DNA of 64,000 bases from a virus. The notes under the pieces were generated by a model, which ran no database searches, was not told where the DNA came from, and was given only the letters and a program-made list of their open reading frames with translations. Shown piece by piece: positions 27,294 to 38,111 of the stretch. The stretch covers positions 76,595-140,594 of IMG/VR virus record IMGVR_UViG_3300017917_002795; one strand, given 5' to 3'. Numbering within the stretch: the stretch's first letter is position 1; each line of letters starts with the position of its first letter. A program made the position numbers and the translations under genes.

Positions 27294-29327
27294 ATGATGC
27301 CCGAACTCCACATACTGATTTCTCGTTTAAAACAGCAACCTAGACATGGTATGGCTAAACAACAAAACAAATCAACTAAACAATACATTTCAGAGACAGA
27401 ACAAGATTATAAAGAATTAAGCAGATTATTTAAGAACTTTGAGGATTCTGCTAGTGAAGCACTTGGAGATTTTATCGGCAAATCAAAACAACTCTTAAAA
27501 GCATTTACTGATTCCTCATTAGAAACACAGCTCGGATTAAATGTAATGATGGGCGTATTTGATGCAGTAGCTAAAAAATCTGAAGAATTAGTAAAAGCAT
27601 CAACATGGCTAGAACAACGCAATGCTGGACTCACTAAATCATTTAGATTAAATGCAAAAGAAGCAGGGGCATTAGGTGAACAATATGATTTTCTAGCAGC
27701 TGGTTATACCAAAGCTGGCAAAGAAGGTGATAAAATGGCAGCTGGTTTAGATACTGGCGGCGAGCAAGTTAGAGTAATGGCTACTCGTATAGAAAAACTT
27801 CTTCCGGGTATGTCAAAAATGATTGTTGGTATAGCTAAAACGAATAATTTTTCAGAAAAATATCGCAACGAATTATTTCAAACTAACACATTATTAGTAG
27901 ATCATCTAGGATTATCAGAAGATGCTGCTACGAATTACCAACGTTTTGCAGATGCTTCTGGTAAATCTAGTATGCAAATGTTGGGTTCGGCAAAAGCTTT
28001 TGCTGATGCATTCGAATCACAAACAGGTATTGCTGGACAATTTGGTAACATTATCAATGATATCGCCAATATTGGCGAAGACCTTCAGATGGCATACGGC
28101 AAAATGCCAGGAAACTTGCAATTAGCAGTAGTTAAAGCTAGATTATTAGGCATTGAATTTAAAAAACTTGATGCAGTTGCTGAAAAAATGCTTAACATTG
28201 AAGAATCGGTAAATGCTGAATTAAATTATCAATTAATCAGCGGAAAACGATTAGTCAATCAAGATGGCGAAAGCATCACTGAAAAACTGCGTATTGCTAA
28301 ATTGAGTGGCAATGCAAATGATATGACTGAGGCCATGAATGAGTTATTAGAATCTCAAGGCGAAATACTTGATGGAAATAACTTTTATGCCAAACAACAA
28401 CTAGCTGAACTAACCGGATTGTCAGTGCAAGAATTAACTCGTGCAAACAACATGAAAAAAGCCATGGCTCGCACGGGTATTAAAGAAGGCGAATTGCAGC
28501 GCATAATGGAACTAGATCCTGCGGAATTTGCTGATGCTATTAGCAAATATGATGATGATGATAAAAAGATTTTTCAAGCATTAAAAAGCACTGAGAGTTT
28601 AAAATCAACCGAACAGTTAATGAATGATTTAGTTTCTGGAAAACGTACTCTTAAGGTAGTTGCTGTATCTCAAAAACAAGCAGATATAATTGAAGCTACC
28701 CGTAAAGCTGCAGTTGGCGCAGATTATACCGGTGGAAAAGGCACTATTGCAGATGCAACCGGCGAGCTAGCAGGATTAGGCGTCACCGAGGGTACTGTAA
28801 AAATATCCGGGAAACTAGCTAGATATGGAGGTAGCGTAGCAATTGCAACTGAGAATTTAACAAAATTAGGAGAGCTCCTCCCAGGTGTTAATACTGCGGT
28901 AACTAAATTTAAAGGTGCATTAACATCCACAACAACGTTTTTAACTGGACTAGGATATGATGCCGCTATAAAAAATATCGGAAAACCTGCCACTAACTCC
29001 GATGTAACTAATAAAGCAGTTGTAGATTATAATAAACCAGTATCAGTTGATGATGCTGTTATTAAATTTAATCCGCAAGATAAAATTATGGTTGCTAGCA
29101 CAGATCCTGGACAATTAATGCCAGCTGTAAATCAACTCACCGGTGGCAGTGGCAATACAGCCATAGTAGATCCAGGACCAATTGCAGCAGCCGTACGCGA
29201 TGCAATGTCAAAAATTTCAGATGCAATGTCAAAAATTTCATTTGATATAACATTAGATGGTGAAAAACTAAATAAATCAATAAAAATGGTTCAAGGCCAA
29301 TCATTGAATACAGTTAATTACGGATAA
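27294..29327 (+). CDS. Tape measure protein
   Basis: Helical, Ala/Lys/Glu-rich, LNIEESV.AEL..QL..GK motif; position after the chaperone. True start may be downstream (e.g. 27350). Confidence 0.7.
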   Translation: MMPELHILISRLKQQPRHGMAKQQNKSTKQYISETEQDYKELSRLFKNFEDSASEALGDFIGKSKQLLKAFTDSSLETQLGLNVMMGVFDAVAKKSEELVKASTWLEQRNAGLTKSFRLNAKEAGALGEQYDFLAAGYTKAGKEGDKMAAGLDTGGEQVRVMATRIEKLLPGMSKMIVGIAKTNNFSEKYRNELFQTNTLLVDHLGLSEDAATNYQRFADASGKSSMQMLGSAKAFADAFESQTGIAGQFGNIINDIANIGEDLQMAYGKMPGNLQLAVVKARLLGIEFKKLDAVAEKMLNIEESVNAELNYQLISGKRLVNQDGESITEKLRIAKLSGNANDMTEAMNELLESQGEILDGNNFYAKQQLAELTGLSVQELTRANNMKKAMARTGIKEGELQRIMELDPAEFADAISKYDDDDKKIFQALKSTESLKSTEQLMNDLVSGKRTLKVVAVSQKQADIIEATRKAAVGADYTGGKGTIADATGELAGLGVTEGTVKISGKLARYGGSVAIATENLTKLGELLPGVNTAVTKFKGALTSTTTFLTGLGYDAAIKNIGKPATNSDVTNKAVVDYNKPVSVDDAVIKFNPQDKIMVASTDPGQLMPAVNQLTGGSGNTAIVDPGPIAAAVRDAMSKISDAMSKISFDITLDGEKLNKSIKMVQGQSLNTVNYG

Positions 29328-29330
29328 ACA

Positions 29331-30716
29331 ATGGCATCAAAGCTACATAGCAACATAACAATTGAATCCATAACGCAACGTACTATAGTTGCCGGAGCTG
29401 GTATTATAGGTTCTAATTTAGGTATTCCGCAGGTAAGTTCATTAGCATCAAATTTGATTAATATGGGAGAACCGGCAGATCCATTATATTCAACTACACC
29501 ATTCTCGCAGCTTCGCAATTTACCATGGATTACGATGAATGATTTTCGTAGCAGAAAAGGCATAAAAAATATAGGACTATCATTTGACACTCGTTTAGAT
29601 GGAGCAGCATTATCTACAAGAAACTTTAAACCACGAGCCGCACTTTATGCTGCATTATCAGCACAACCAGGCGGAGCATACAGTGTATTTAATCGAAATG
29701 GCGCTGGTAAATATGGATATGGTTGGGGAGATCATGGAAATCCATACGCACTACGACGAGATTTTACTCAGGAAAGTCATGTAGCAACGCGTTGGTCTGA
29801 TACTGATAAAACATGGAAACCGGTGGAAAATCTATTATCGCGAGCTACAGCATTCCGGGGAGATCGTGTTAATGTTATTGATTATCAGCCGGCTGGTAAG
29901 TTAGGTGCTATATATAAATGGAATAATACAAATAAGCCAATTCATGCTGATTTAAACGAAACTCTAGATTTCATTAAATTTTTCTTTACCGGACCTAAAT
30001 TAGCACCGAATACTGTAGAAAATGAAATGATTACTGATGATGTTATAGTTTTCCGTGCAACAATTGGAAGCATTTCTGATACATTTAATCCACAATGGAA
30101 TCCGGTGCAATTGATGGGTCGTGCAGATCCAAATTATCATTATGCTGGATACAGTCGCGACATGAGTCTAGATTTTACGGTTTATGCAACAGACCGAGAT
30201 GAATTAAAACCAATATATCGTAAATTAAATGCACTTGCAGGTTATACAACACCAGATTATTCCGGAACAAATATTGGATTTAAAGGACCATGGATGCGCA
30301 TTACAGTTGGGGATTTATACAATCAAATGCCTGTTATAATATCTAGTTTATCTTACACATTAGGTGACACGGATACCCCATGGGAAATAAACATAGAAGA
30401 TGATCCAAGCATGATGCAAGTTCCATTAATGGTTAAAGTTTCAATTACCTTCAATGTTATCGGAGATTGGTTGCCACAAAAAGGAGGTCAATTCTATTCA
30501 TTATCAAAACGATTTGATGAGTTCGGATCACTACCTGGTAACGACAATTGGTTAAGTGATGGTATACAAGAACGAACAAATAACCAACTCAGAATAGACA
30601 AATTCAAAAGAGAAGTTGCAGCTGCATTAGAAAAAAGTCAACAATATAAATCAACACATAAACCACAATTAACTACTCGCGAAATGCCTGGCGAAATTGT
30701 ATTAAATAAAAACTAA
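29331..30716 (+). CDS. Baseplate/tail-tube initiator-like protein
   Basis: FRATI..ISD.F.P.W....MGRADP.Y.Y.GY.R..S..F.V and P.MRITVGDL motifs. Confidence 0.65.
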   Translation: MASKLHSNITIESITQRTIVAGAGIIGSNLGIPQVSSLASNLINMGEPADPLYSTTPFSQLRNLPWITMNDFRSRKGIKNIGLSFDTRLDGAALSTRNFKPRAALYAALSAQPGGAYSVFNRNGAGKYGYGWGDHGNPYALRRDFTQESHVATRWSDTDKTWKPVENLLSRATAFRGDRVNVIDYQPAGKLGAIYKWNNTNKPIHADLNETLDFIKFFFTGPKLAPNTVENEMITDDVIVFRATIGSISDTFNPQWNPVQLMGRADPNYHYAGYSRDMSLDFTVYATDRDELKPIYRKLNALAGYTTPDYSGTNIGFKGPWMRITVGDLYNQMPVIISSLSYTLGDTDTPWEINIEDDPSMMQVPLMVKVSITFNVIGDWLPQKGGQFYSLSKRFDEFGSLPGNDNWLSDGIQERTNNQLRIDKFKREVAAALEKSQQYKSTHKPQLTTREMPGEIVLNKN

Positions 30717-30717
30717 A

Positions 30718-31014
30718 ATGAGATACGCAACTACAAATCAATTGAAAACGCCATCTGGAAAGCGAAGATTGGAAACAACTATTTTTCCTAGTGTTCCGCT
30801 ATCGAATAATGATACATACATACAAATTGTTACTCCAGAACGATTAGATAGGCTAGCTTTAAATTTTTATGAAGAAGTAGCAGCATGGTGGATTATTGCA
30901 GCATCAAACAATATACCACGTGGTACAATCATTGTACCAGCCAACACCATATTACGAATTCCACCAAAACCTGATGTTATGGACTTAATTAGAACTGCAA
31001 ATTTAACAAGATGA
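30718..31014 (+). CDS. LysM-like baseplate protein (gp53/tail X-like)
   Basis: RLDRLA..FY....WWIIA..N...G......LRIP. Confidence 0.75.
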   Translation: MRYATTNQLKTPSGKRRLETTIFPSVPLSNNDTYIQIVTPERLDRLALNFYEEVAAWWIIAASNNIPRGTIIVPANTILRIPPKPDVMDLIRTANLTR

Positions 31015-33254
31015 GCCAAATATTTTATTCACAAGTAGATCCAAACTTACAAGAAGAATTAACTCGCCGGGCGCGTGCTGGTAAAACAGACCGGTCTGAT
31101 ACAGCACTTCGGTACATGACTGAAAAAGTTGCAAACGTTGAAGTTACAGCATATGATGGCAATCGTCGCGATGATAATAAAAAAATTCACACATTAGGCG
31201 GCAACACCGTATTAACTGGAGAATATTTACCAGGAGGTGATTATGGATTCTTATCAGAACGCCCATATACATTAAAAGAAACAAGATGGATAGCAGCAAC
31301 TGGAAACGGAGATGTATCAGTTGTTGATCAAACTATATCCGGTTCAATAAACAATGCATCATATCGTATACCACCATTCATCTCTAATGTTGAATTAGCA
31401 ATCAATGATAATTCGCGAGGATTAACAAACAAAGCAACAATTAACATAACTATTCCAAATCCAGAACGAGATCTAAATTTCATGGAAAGTGTGTATGCTC
31501 GTCCAGGTCGTTATTGTGCTTTATTGATTGCACATCCGGATTCAGCATTAATGACACGAGATGTTGCTGGCGTTAATGGGTTATTAGATCCAAGTTCACT
31601 TCCAGATTTTGAATTTCTCAAAACAAATAGTTCAATAACCAAGAAAGAATATGATGAACTACGAAAAATGAATGAAGTACGGTTTGAAGGCTTAATAACA
31701 TCATTTGAATATCAATACACTCAAGATGGTTCGATTACAATGACCGTGTATATCTTAGGTACTAGCATGGTATATACGGATCTGTCAATGATCATGCAAA
31801 CTGGAACACCTGCTGAAGTATCAGCATCACAAGATCCAGAAATAGTTGATCAAGCAAAATCATTTTATCAAGCAATATATGATGAAGTATCTACATTATA
31901 TAAACTTAAAACTGATATATCCGGTGTTAAATGGGCATTTGGATTAACGCAAGGTTTTGACCGAAACAATCCAAAAGCATATTTTGCTGGCCATACTAGT
32001 ATTACCGGAAATTCGAACATGTTTATCAATCTTAATTATTTGATGTCATTTATTAATAGAAAGATTTTAACCAAAATTAAATTAAATGTTGATAAACCAA
32101 CAATATTAACAAGCGCTAACAACAATATACGATGTAACTATTATCCAAATTTATGCTCATCTGATCCAGATAACATTCTACTTCCTGGGCATTTAGTACG
32201 GCCGAGTGCATCTGAATCTCCAGATTGTTATGGAATAATTAAACCGAGGACATCGAATCAAAACCCGTCAGCTAGAAAATGGTTTCCGCGATTAAATGCA
32301 AATGAAGATATTATGTCAGATGTATCTGTCCGTCCAACTTTTTATCCAACTGACCGAGAAACCGTATTATCAAACTCAACTGATAACTCCGGACGACCTG
32401 GACATATCATGATAAATTTAAAATTCATTGAAACTATAATCAATAATTTATCTGGTACAAAAGATCAATTTACAGTAAAAGCTTTTTTAGAGCGTATTAG
32501 TGATAAAATTAATAATGCAACAGGAGGCGCAATTGATTTAAAATTAACAGCAGATCCATCATATCCATTAATAATGTATTTTAGAGATGCCAATTGGATA
32601 TTTGACCCATCTAAACCAAAACCAAAACCATTTCTCATTCCAATGTTTGCAAATAATCCGGTTGGAACTATAGTTCGTGATTTCAAACTTTCCGCTAAAT
32701 TACCGAGCAATGCACAAAGTTTAATGTATTCCATTAATAGTAGTGATAAGGTTACAGAAGACCAAGTAGCACCATATATGAATTTTATGTATAATAATGC
32801 TGCAACAAAAAGAACTGGTACAGGTGCTGACACTGTCGATACAGTTGTTTATGGTGATAAAGAAATGACTCGTAAATTGGCAGAACAATACAAAGAAACC
32901 CATGAAAAATATCTAAAACAATTGAAAGATGCGAGAGCTGCATTTGGAGCTGATCCATCAAACCCGCAAAAACAAATTGCATTAGCGGCTGCATTGAAAA
33001 AACACATACAATATCCGACCCCAACAATAGAACAATCCAATCAATTAGTAGCACCGGTATTTCCTATAGATGCAGAATTCACAATCGATGGTGTTAACGG
33101 ATTTCGTTACGGAGATATTGTTGATTTTCCAGGAATACCAGAAAAATACAGAAGATGCACGACATTTACCATAAAAAGCATAACACACAGCATAACAGAA
33201 ACTGGTGAATGGACCACCCGAATTTCATGTTTAATGCGGCCAAAATTTGATTGA
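31011..33254 (+). CDS. Baseplate hub-like protein
   Basis: C-terminal FTIDGVNGFRYGD...F.I.SITH.I...GEW.T; follows the LysM-like gene. Confidence 0.55.
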   Translation: MSQIFYSQVDPNLQEELTRRARAGKTDRSDTALRYMTEKVANVEVTAYDGNRRDDNKKIHTLGGNTVLTGEYLPGGDYGFLSERPYTLKETRWIAATGNGDVSVVDQTISGSINNASYRIPPFISNVELAINDNSRGLTNKATINITIPNPERDLNFMESVYARPGRYCALLIAHPDSALMTRDVAGVNGLLDPSSLPDFEFLKTNSSITKKEYDELRKMNEVRFEGLITSFEYQYTQDGSITMTVYILGTSMVYTDLSMIMQTGTPAEVSASQDPEIVDQAKSFYQAIYDEVSTLYKLKTDISGVKWAFGLTQGFDRNNPKAYFAGHTSITGNSNMFINLNYLMSFINRKILTKIKLNVDKPTILTSANNNIRCNYYPNLCSSDPDNILLPGHLVRPSASESPDCYGIIKPRTSNQNPSARKWFPRLNANEDIMSDVSVRPTFYPTDRETVLSNSTDNSGRPGHIMINLKFIETIINNLSGTKDQFTVKAFLERISDKINNATGGAIDLKLTADPSYPLIMYFRDANWIFDPSKPKPKPFLIPMFANNPVGTIVRDFKLSAKLPSNAQSLMYSINSSDKVTEDQVAPYMNFMYNNAATKRTGTGADTVDTVVYGDKEMTRKLAEQYKETHEKYLKQLKDARAAFGADPSNPQKQIALAAALKKHIQYPTPTIEQSNQLVAPVFPIDAEFTIDGVNGFRYGDIVDFPGIPEKYRRCTTFTIKSITHSITETGEWTTRISCLMRPKFD

Positions 33255-33255
33255 T

Positions 33256-33867
33256 ATGGACACTAGACTAAAAATACGATACAGCCTTGCTGAAACCCAA
33301 AACAACCTATATACATTTGGCGGAGAATGGCAAACTACGGACGGTGTAGAATATCGAGGGGCATATCATCAATACACAGTTACCCAAGAAACATTCACAG
33401 AACCAGAGTGGCTTCCTGGAAAATCTCGGCAACTCATTGCATTGCAACGCATATCACCATTAATTGCCGCATACAACCAACTTGCTACACCCGAAACCGC
33501 ATATCAATCCGTTCAGCCCATACAACCCGAAATCACTGAACAAAATAAAACTGATGGTTTTGTTATGCGGTATTTTATTAAAAAGATAAATGATATCAAC
33601 ATCATTGAAATTTCCAAAGATCAATACACTGCATATCAAAACAATGAAATTGATAACAACATGTATACAGTTGGTGCTATCCGTTGGCAGATTGCCGGAC
33701 CAATTGAATCACAAACAACACCATACCAAAAACCTGGCGTTGTAGAATTAAATGAAACTGCAATCATGTCTTTAAAGAAGACCATGTCTGGAATCGATGT
33801 TAAATTAAGCAATTTAACGGAATATTACACAGATACTGATTTCATGGTACCAAAGAACATCAACTAA
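33256..33867 (+). CDS. Conserved hypothetical protein, probably baseplate-associated
   Basis: NLYT.GGE...G.EY.G.YH and RYF.KK.N...I.EI motifs; last gene of the structural block. Confidence 0.45.
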   Translation: MDTRLKIRYSLAETQNNLYTFGGEWQTTDGVEYRGAYHQYTVTQETFTEPEWLPGKSRQLIALQRISPLIAAYNQLATPETAYQSVQPIQPEITEQNKTDGFVMRYFIKKINDINIIEISKDQYTAYQNNEIDNNMYTVGAIRWQIAGPIESQTTPYQKPGVVELNETAIMSLKKTMSGIDVKLSNLTEYYTDTDFMVPKNIN

Positions 33868-33870
33868 CGA

Positions 33871-33899
33871 TTGGATTTCTGCAATTTTTTTCATATCAT
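33871..33899 (+). promoter_or_regulatory. Early promoter, predicted leaderless transcript
   Basis: TTGGAT-N17-TATCAT, ending 5 nt before ATG 33905. Confidence 0.65.
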
Positions 33900-33904
33900 T
33901 TGGT

Positions 33905-35230
33905 ATGATACTAGACCACGAACAAGATGTAGTGAATCTGCTCGATCGAATTGCAGAATTCAAAACACTAATTGTTCCAGTACTGGCTAGTCCCACACAT
34001 CATGCTACACATAATCCATTGATTGCCATGTATGTATACAATGAAGCAGACGAGTGCATAATACCAATGCGGCATACCGAACAAATACAAGGGTTTACAG
34101 AACATGTCCCGCAGTTTCTCCAGCTACGGAATATCTTTGTTCATGACAAAAAACAATGGCTTCTAATAGGCGGAAACGAAGCCGTATGGGATGTTAAGAC
34201 TTTATGGTGGTATACATATGGAGAAGCATATGATGAATCACATTATCCAACTGCAGCTCATCAATTTTATTGGCGTCGACACAGCACAATGCCACAGGTT
34301 AATTCCATCGTTCCTTTGCAACAACACCTAGCCATGTGTCAAAAGATACGGCACTATGCTTGGCCAATGTGTGTGAATGCAGAAATGTCCACATCATACA
34401 AACATTTCAATGAAACTTATCCAAAGGTATTTGCCGCAATTGAGCGCAACGGATTGCAAGTTACAGAATCTTTTCGTCTGACAGATATAATTCATGCAAG
34501 TCGAGTTTATTCACAATACAATTATCACACAGTAACAGGACGTCCGAGCAATGCTTTTCGAGGATTCAATTTTGCGGCAATGAACAAAGAAGATGGAACA
34601 CGAGCTGCATTTTCAAGCCGGTTTGATGCAGGCGCACTAGTAGAAATGGACTTTGATTCATATCACATTAGATTGATTGCTCGATTAGTTGGTTATGAAT
34701 TGCCTACATCATCTATACATGATTATTTAGGACAATTTTATTTTGGTGTCGACACATTAACAGACACACAACGTGATGAAAGTAAAGCCATAACATTCCG
34801 GTTATTGTATGGTGGTATTGATTCTGAATTCTTATCAATTCCATTTTTCCGGCAAGTAAATGATTTTATATATTCATTATGGAACAAATGGAAAACGAAG
34901 CGCTACATTGAAACTGCCATACTTAAACGTCGATTAAATGCAGATACATTGAAAAATATGACTGCAAATAAATTGTTTAATTACTACCTACAAGCCACAG
35001 AAACCGAAGTATCGGTTGAAAAACTTCAATTAGTGCAAGACCTATTGAAAACATACCAAAGTTGCATGATTCTATATACATATGATTCTGTGTTATTTGA
35101 TGTTGCAATGCAAGAAGCAAAACAACTTTTGCCGGCAATCAAATCCATATTAGAACAAGGCAATTTCCCAGTCAAAATAAAATATGGTATCAACTACCAT
35201 GAAATGCTAGAAATGAAAAAACAAGTTTAA
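33905..35230 (+). CDS. Compact family-A DNA polymerase-like protein
   Basis: TVTGRPSN; motif A EMDFDSYHIRL; motif B SKAITFRLLYG; NYYLQATE; motif C YTYDSVLFD. Confidence 0.8.
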   Translation: MILDHEQDVVNLLDRIAEFKTLIVPVLASPTHHATHNPLIAMYVYNEADECIIPMRHTEQIQGFTEHVPQFLQLRNIFVHDKKQWLLIGGNEAVWDVKTLWWYTYGEAYDESHYPTAAHQFYWRRHSTMPQVNSIVPLQQHLAMCQKIRHYAWPMCVNAEMSTSYKHFNETYPKVFAAIERNGLQVTESFRLTDIIHASRVYSQYNYHTVTGRPSNAFRGFNFAAMNKEDGTRAAFSSRFDAGALVEMDFDSYHIRLIARLVGYELPTSSIHDYLGQFYFGVDTLTDTQRDESKAITFRLLYGGIDSEFLSIPFFRQVNDFIYSLWNKWKTKRYIETAILKRRLNADTLKNMTANKLFNYYLQATETEVSVEKLQLVQDLLKTYQSCMILYTYDSVLFDVAMQEAKQLLPAIKSILEQGNFPVKIKYGINYHEMLEMKKQV

Positions 35231-35246
35231 TCTTAAAACACATAAA

Positions 35247-36521
35247 ATGAAGAAAACTCAGTCAACTGCATGTACCATACAAGACATACTTACAGAATGG
35301 AGTCGACGCATACCAAATGGATATCCAACATGTCCTGAACATTACGAACTACTTTATCATATAATTTTAGAAATGACAAATTTACCAGCACTACAACCCA
35401 TCACCACACCAAACGATTTAATCTTAGCAGAAGATGTAGATTTCACAGAATTAAATGTTCCTCGCAATGTACTAGAACAAATTGAAACAATCTATGAACA
35501 ACTACCAGATGAAGAGCGCATAGAGTTTAATACCAACTATCGCACACATAGTATTGATTCATTTTTACAAGGCGGATATTTACCATTCATCAAATTCTTC
35601 AACATATTGGATCATGAATCATCTGGAGGAAGTATGGGTCGTGGAGAAGTTGAGGTTTTATTAGCAGTTAGGGATTCATTGTCAGGAGGCACTGGTAAAC
35701 ATGATATCTTAATAGGTAAAACTGAATGGGAAGTTAAGGAAATAGGAAAAACTGCAAAACTTAAAAAATCTGGAGAACTAGGTGAAGCACCGAAAGAAAA
35801 AACATTTCGACCTGGTCAATTAGGATTTCAGCGCAGAGGTGATGTTTATTCAGAAATCAATGAATTCTTTGAACAGGTTGTCGAACCATTGCTGCAAATG
35901 AAAAATCCTTATGAAACACTGAAACATTCAATTGATGCTGCTGGTCATCAAAAACTTCAGGAATTTATTGAATGTATTCATCAATATTTTGAAAAACACG
36001 CGGAAAATGTGCATAAAAAGGAATTGAGTCGAAAACCGTGGGAAGATTTCTATGTAGGATTTAAACGGTTAAATGAAATTGTTTGGGGTACTGATCTAGC
36101 TGATAACATACAAGACACGCGAATGACAATACAATCATCGGATATTGAAATCTCATATTGCATTGACACGGCAGATGTACAACGAATCGCAGAAGCAGCA
36201 GGAACAGAAACACCGATTATGCTGAAAATAGGTCAAGAAATTGATTCACACAATGTAGGCGTCATAACTTTATTATCCAAAATCAAGAAAAGCCGATATA
36301 TATATGAGCCGGAGGAGCTTGTTAATGCATTCAATTTAATCAAGAACAAATTCTTTATGAAAGTTCAAGGTTTGATTGTGTATGATAAGAATGTGCCTGG
36401 TATTCCTGTTAGTACTACTCGATATGATTGGGCTATTGCAGGATTATCGGCAGGTCAATACACATTTGCATTGAAAAGTTCTATGGATAACAAATATACT
36501 TTTATACATATGCAGTCATAA
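35247..36521 (+). CDS. Putative PD-(D/E)xK nuclease-like protein
   Basis: GRGEV.....HDI.....WEVKE fits an E...D...ExK catalytic pattern. Confidence 0.4.
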   Translation: MKKTQSTACTIQDILTEWSRRIPNGYPTCPEHYELLYHIILEMTNLPALQPITTPNDLILAEDVDFTELNVPRNVLEQIETIYEQLPDEERIEFNTNYRTHSIDSFLQGGYLPFIKFFNILDHESSGGSMGRGEVEVLLAVRDSLSGGTGKHDILIGKTEWEVKEIGKTAKLKKSGELGEAPKEKTFRPGQLGFQRRGDVYSEINEFFEQVVEPLLQMKNPYETLKHSIDAAGHQKLQEFIECIHQYFEKHAENVHKKELSRKPWEDFYVGFKRLNEIVWGTDLADNIQDTRMTIQSSDIEISYCIDTADVQRIAEAAGTETPIMLKIGQEIDSHNVGVITLLSKIKKSRYIYEPEELVNAFNLIKNKFFMKVQGLIVYDKNVPGIPVSTTRYDWAIAGLSAGQYTFALKSSMDNKYTFIHMQS

Positions 36522-36536
36522 ACAGGAACATGATAC

Positions 36537-36920
36537 GTGAAAACCCAACTACTTTGCACATTTGCACATCGATCAGATTTAAACATTGTTATTGAATATA
36601 TACAAGGAAGCTATACTATACCAGAACGCAGAATATTTGTGTTCGCAAATGCCGATGCTCCAGATAATTTATATTGCACGTATAATGCAGATGCAGGAAC
36701 GCAACGCGGACAAAATACCATTAGCATACATCGTAAAAAAGAAACAAACACATTGTATACGGTAAATGCTTTGAATGAAATAATTCGCACAGTAAACAAC
36801 GGAGTATTGGATCGAACATATCAATTGGATTGGACGATGTATCAGAATTCATTCATACTTACAGATTCAGATGGATATCGTGTAATTGACCTGGTTTTCT
36901 TCAAGAAGTTTTCTTGGTAA
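36537..36920 (+). CDS. Conserved hypothetical protein (GTG start)
   Basis: Clean ORF with AGGA RBS; LLCTF...HRKKETNTLYT.NALN. Confidence 0.6.
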   Translation: MKTQLLCTFAHRSDLNIVIEYIQGSYTIPERRIFVFANADAPDNLYCTYNADAGTQRGQNTISIHRKKETNTLYTVNALNEIIRTVNNGVLDRTYQLDWTMYQNSFILTDSDGYRVIDLVFFKKFSW

Positions 36921-36956
36921 TTGATATTTATTTATATATAATACGGAAAAAAGATT

Positions 36957-37208
36957 ATGATAAAGTTAAAAAATGTTCTTAAAGAACAAGAATATACAGC
37001 AAAAGCTAGCAATGATTTTTTTAGCCCTAAACAAAAAAAGATTTATGAACATGTTTTAGCTGCATTAGCAGAACAATTAGGAATGACTGCTGATGATGTT
37101 GATGATCATGTTGAAACAGACAATCAATTTAACAATGCCATTCATGATGTTGTTACTGTAATTGAAAAACTTGCCGATCGTATTGAATCTACGTTTGGAC
37201 AAAATTAA
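36957..37208 (+). CDS. Small late protein with MIKLKNVLKE N-terminus
   Basis: ATATTTAT at 36924 upstream; possible prohead-protease-cleaved leader. Confidence 0.55.
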   Translation: MIKLKNVLKEQEYTAKASNDFFSPKQKKIYEHVLAALAEQLGMTADDVDDHVETDNQFNNAIHDVVTVIEKLADRIESTFGQN

Positions 37209-37230
37209 AACAAAAAACTTAACTATTTAC

Positions 37231-37259
37231 TTTGATTTACCGAATTAATTATCTATATT
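37231..37259 (+). promoter_or_regulatory. Early promoter
   Basis: TTTGAT-N17-TATATT. Confidence 0.55.
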
Positions 37260-37312
37260 ATAATTAATAATTTATATTTTATTAACTATTTAACAAAAAA
37301 AGGAATTAACCA

Positions 37313-38098
37313 ATGGGCTTAAATCTTGACGCCATTAAGGCAAAACTTAACCAATTAAATCGTACGGACGATAAAAAACAAAATTTGTGGAAACCTGAAG
37401 CAGGTAAATCACGTATTAGAATCGTGCCATATATCCACCGCAAAGACAATCCATTCTTAGAATTGTATTTTCATTATGACATCGGAAAGAAATCCATGTT
37501 GTCACCAATTTCATTTGGTAATGCAGATCCAATCGTTGAGTTTGCAGACAAATTAAAGAAAACTGGAGACAAAGATGAATGGCTAATGGGTCGTAAAATT
37601 GAACCAAAGATGAGAACTTATGTTCCAATCATCGTTCGTGGTAAAGAATCCGAAGGAGTTAAGTTTTGGGGCTTTGGCAAAACAATTTACGCAGAACTTT
37701 TATCAATCATTTCAGATGCAGATTATGGTGACATTACAGACCTTATTAATGGTCGTGATATCGATGTAGAATTTGTTCCAGCAGAAGGTGCAAATTATCC
37801 AAAAACATCAATTCGTGTTAAACCAAATACACAACCAGCAACTGAAGACAAAGAAATTGCACAAAAAATCATGAATCAACCACAAATTACTGATTTGTTT
37901 CCAGAACCAACATATGAAGAACTAGAAGCAGCTCTTAAAACGTGGATGAATCCAGAAAATGCCGATTCTGATGTTGATGAAGATGAAGATGATGCACCGG
38001 TAGCTCCAAGCAAAACTGCAAAAGCTACAACACCAAGTCCAGCTGCTAGCAAAGTAGAAGATGTTGCATCAGCATTTGATGACCTATTCAATTCTTAA
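37313..38098 (+). CDS. Single-stranded DNA-binding protein (gp32-like)
   Basis: LWKP..G...IRIVP, VKFWGFGK and DITD...GRD motifs; acidic tail ending FDDLFNS. Confidence 0.85.
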   Translation: MGLNLDAIKAKLNQLNRTDDKKQNLWKPEAGKSRIRIVPYIHRKDNPFLELYFHYDIGKKSMLSPISFGNADPIVEFADKLKKTGDKDEWLMGRKIEPKMRTYVPIIVRGKESEGVKFWGFGKTIYAELLSIISDADYGDITDLINGRDIDVEFVPAEGANYPKTSIRVKPNTQPATEDKEIAQKIMNQPQITDLFPEPTYEELEAALKTWMNPENADSDVDEDEDDAPVAPSKTAKATTPSPAASKVEDVASAFDDLFNS

Positions 38099-38111
38099 GA
38101 AGGAGTTATAA

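Noticed and set aside
29199-29240. 21-bp tandem duplication (DAMSKIS twice) in the tape measure gene
   Set aside because: Real but minor in-frame slippage; no sign of function.
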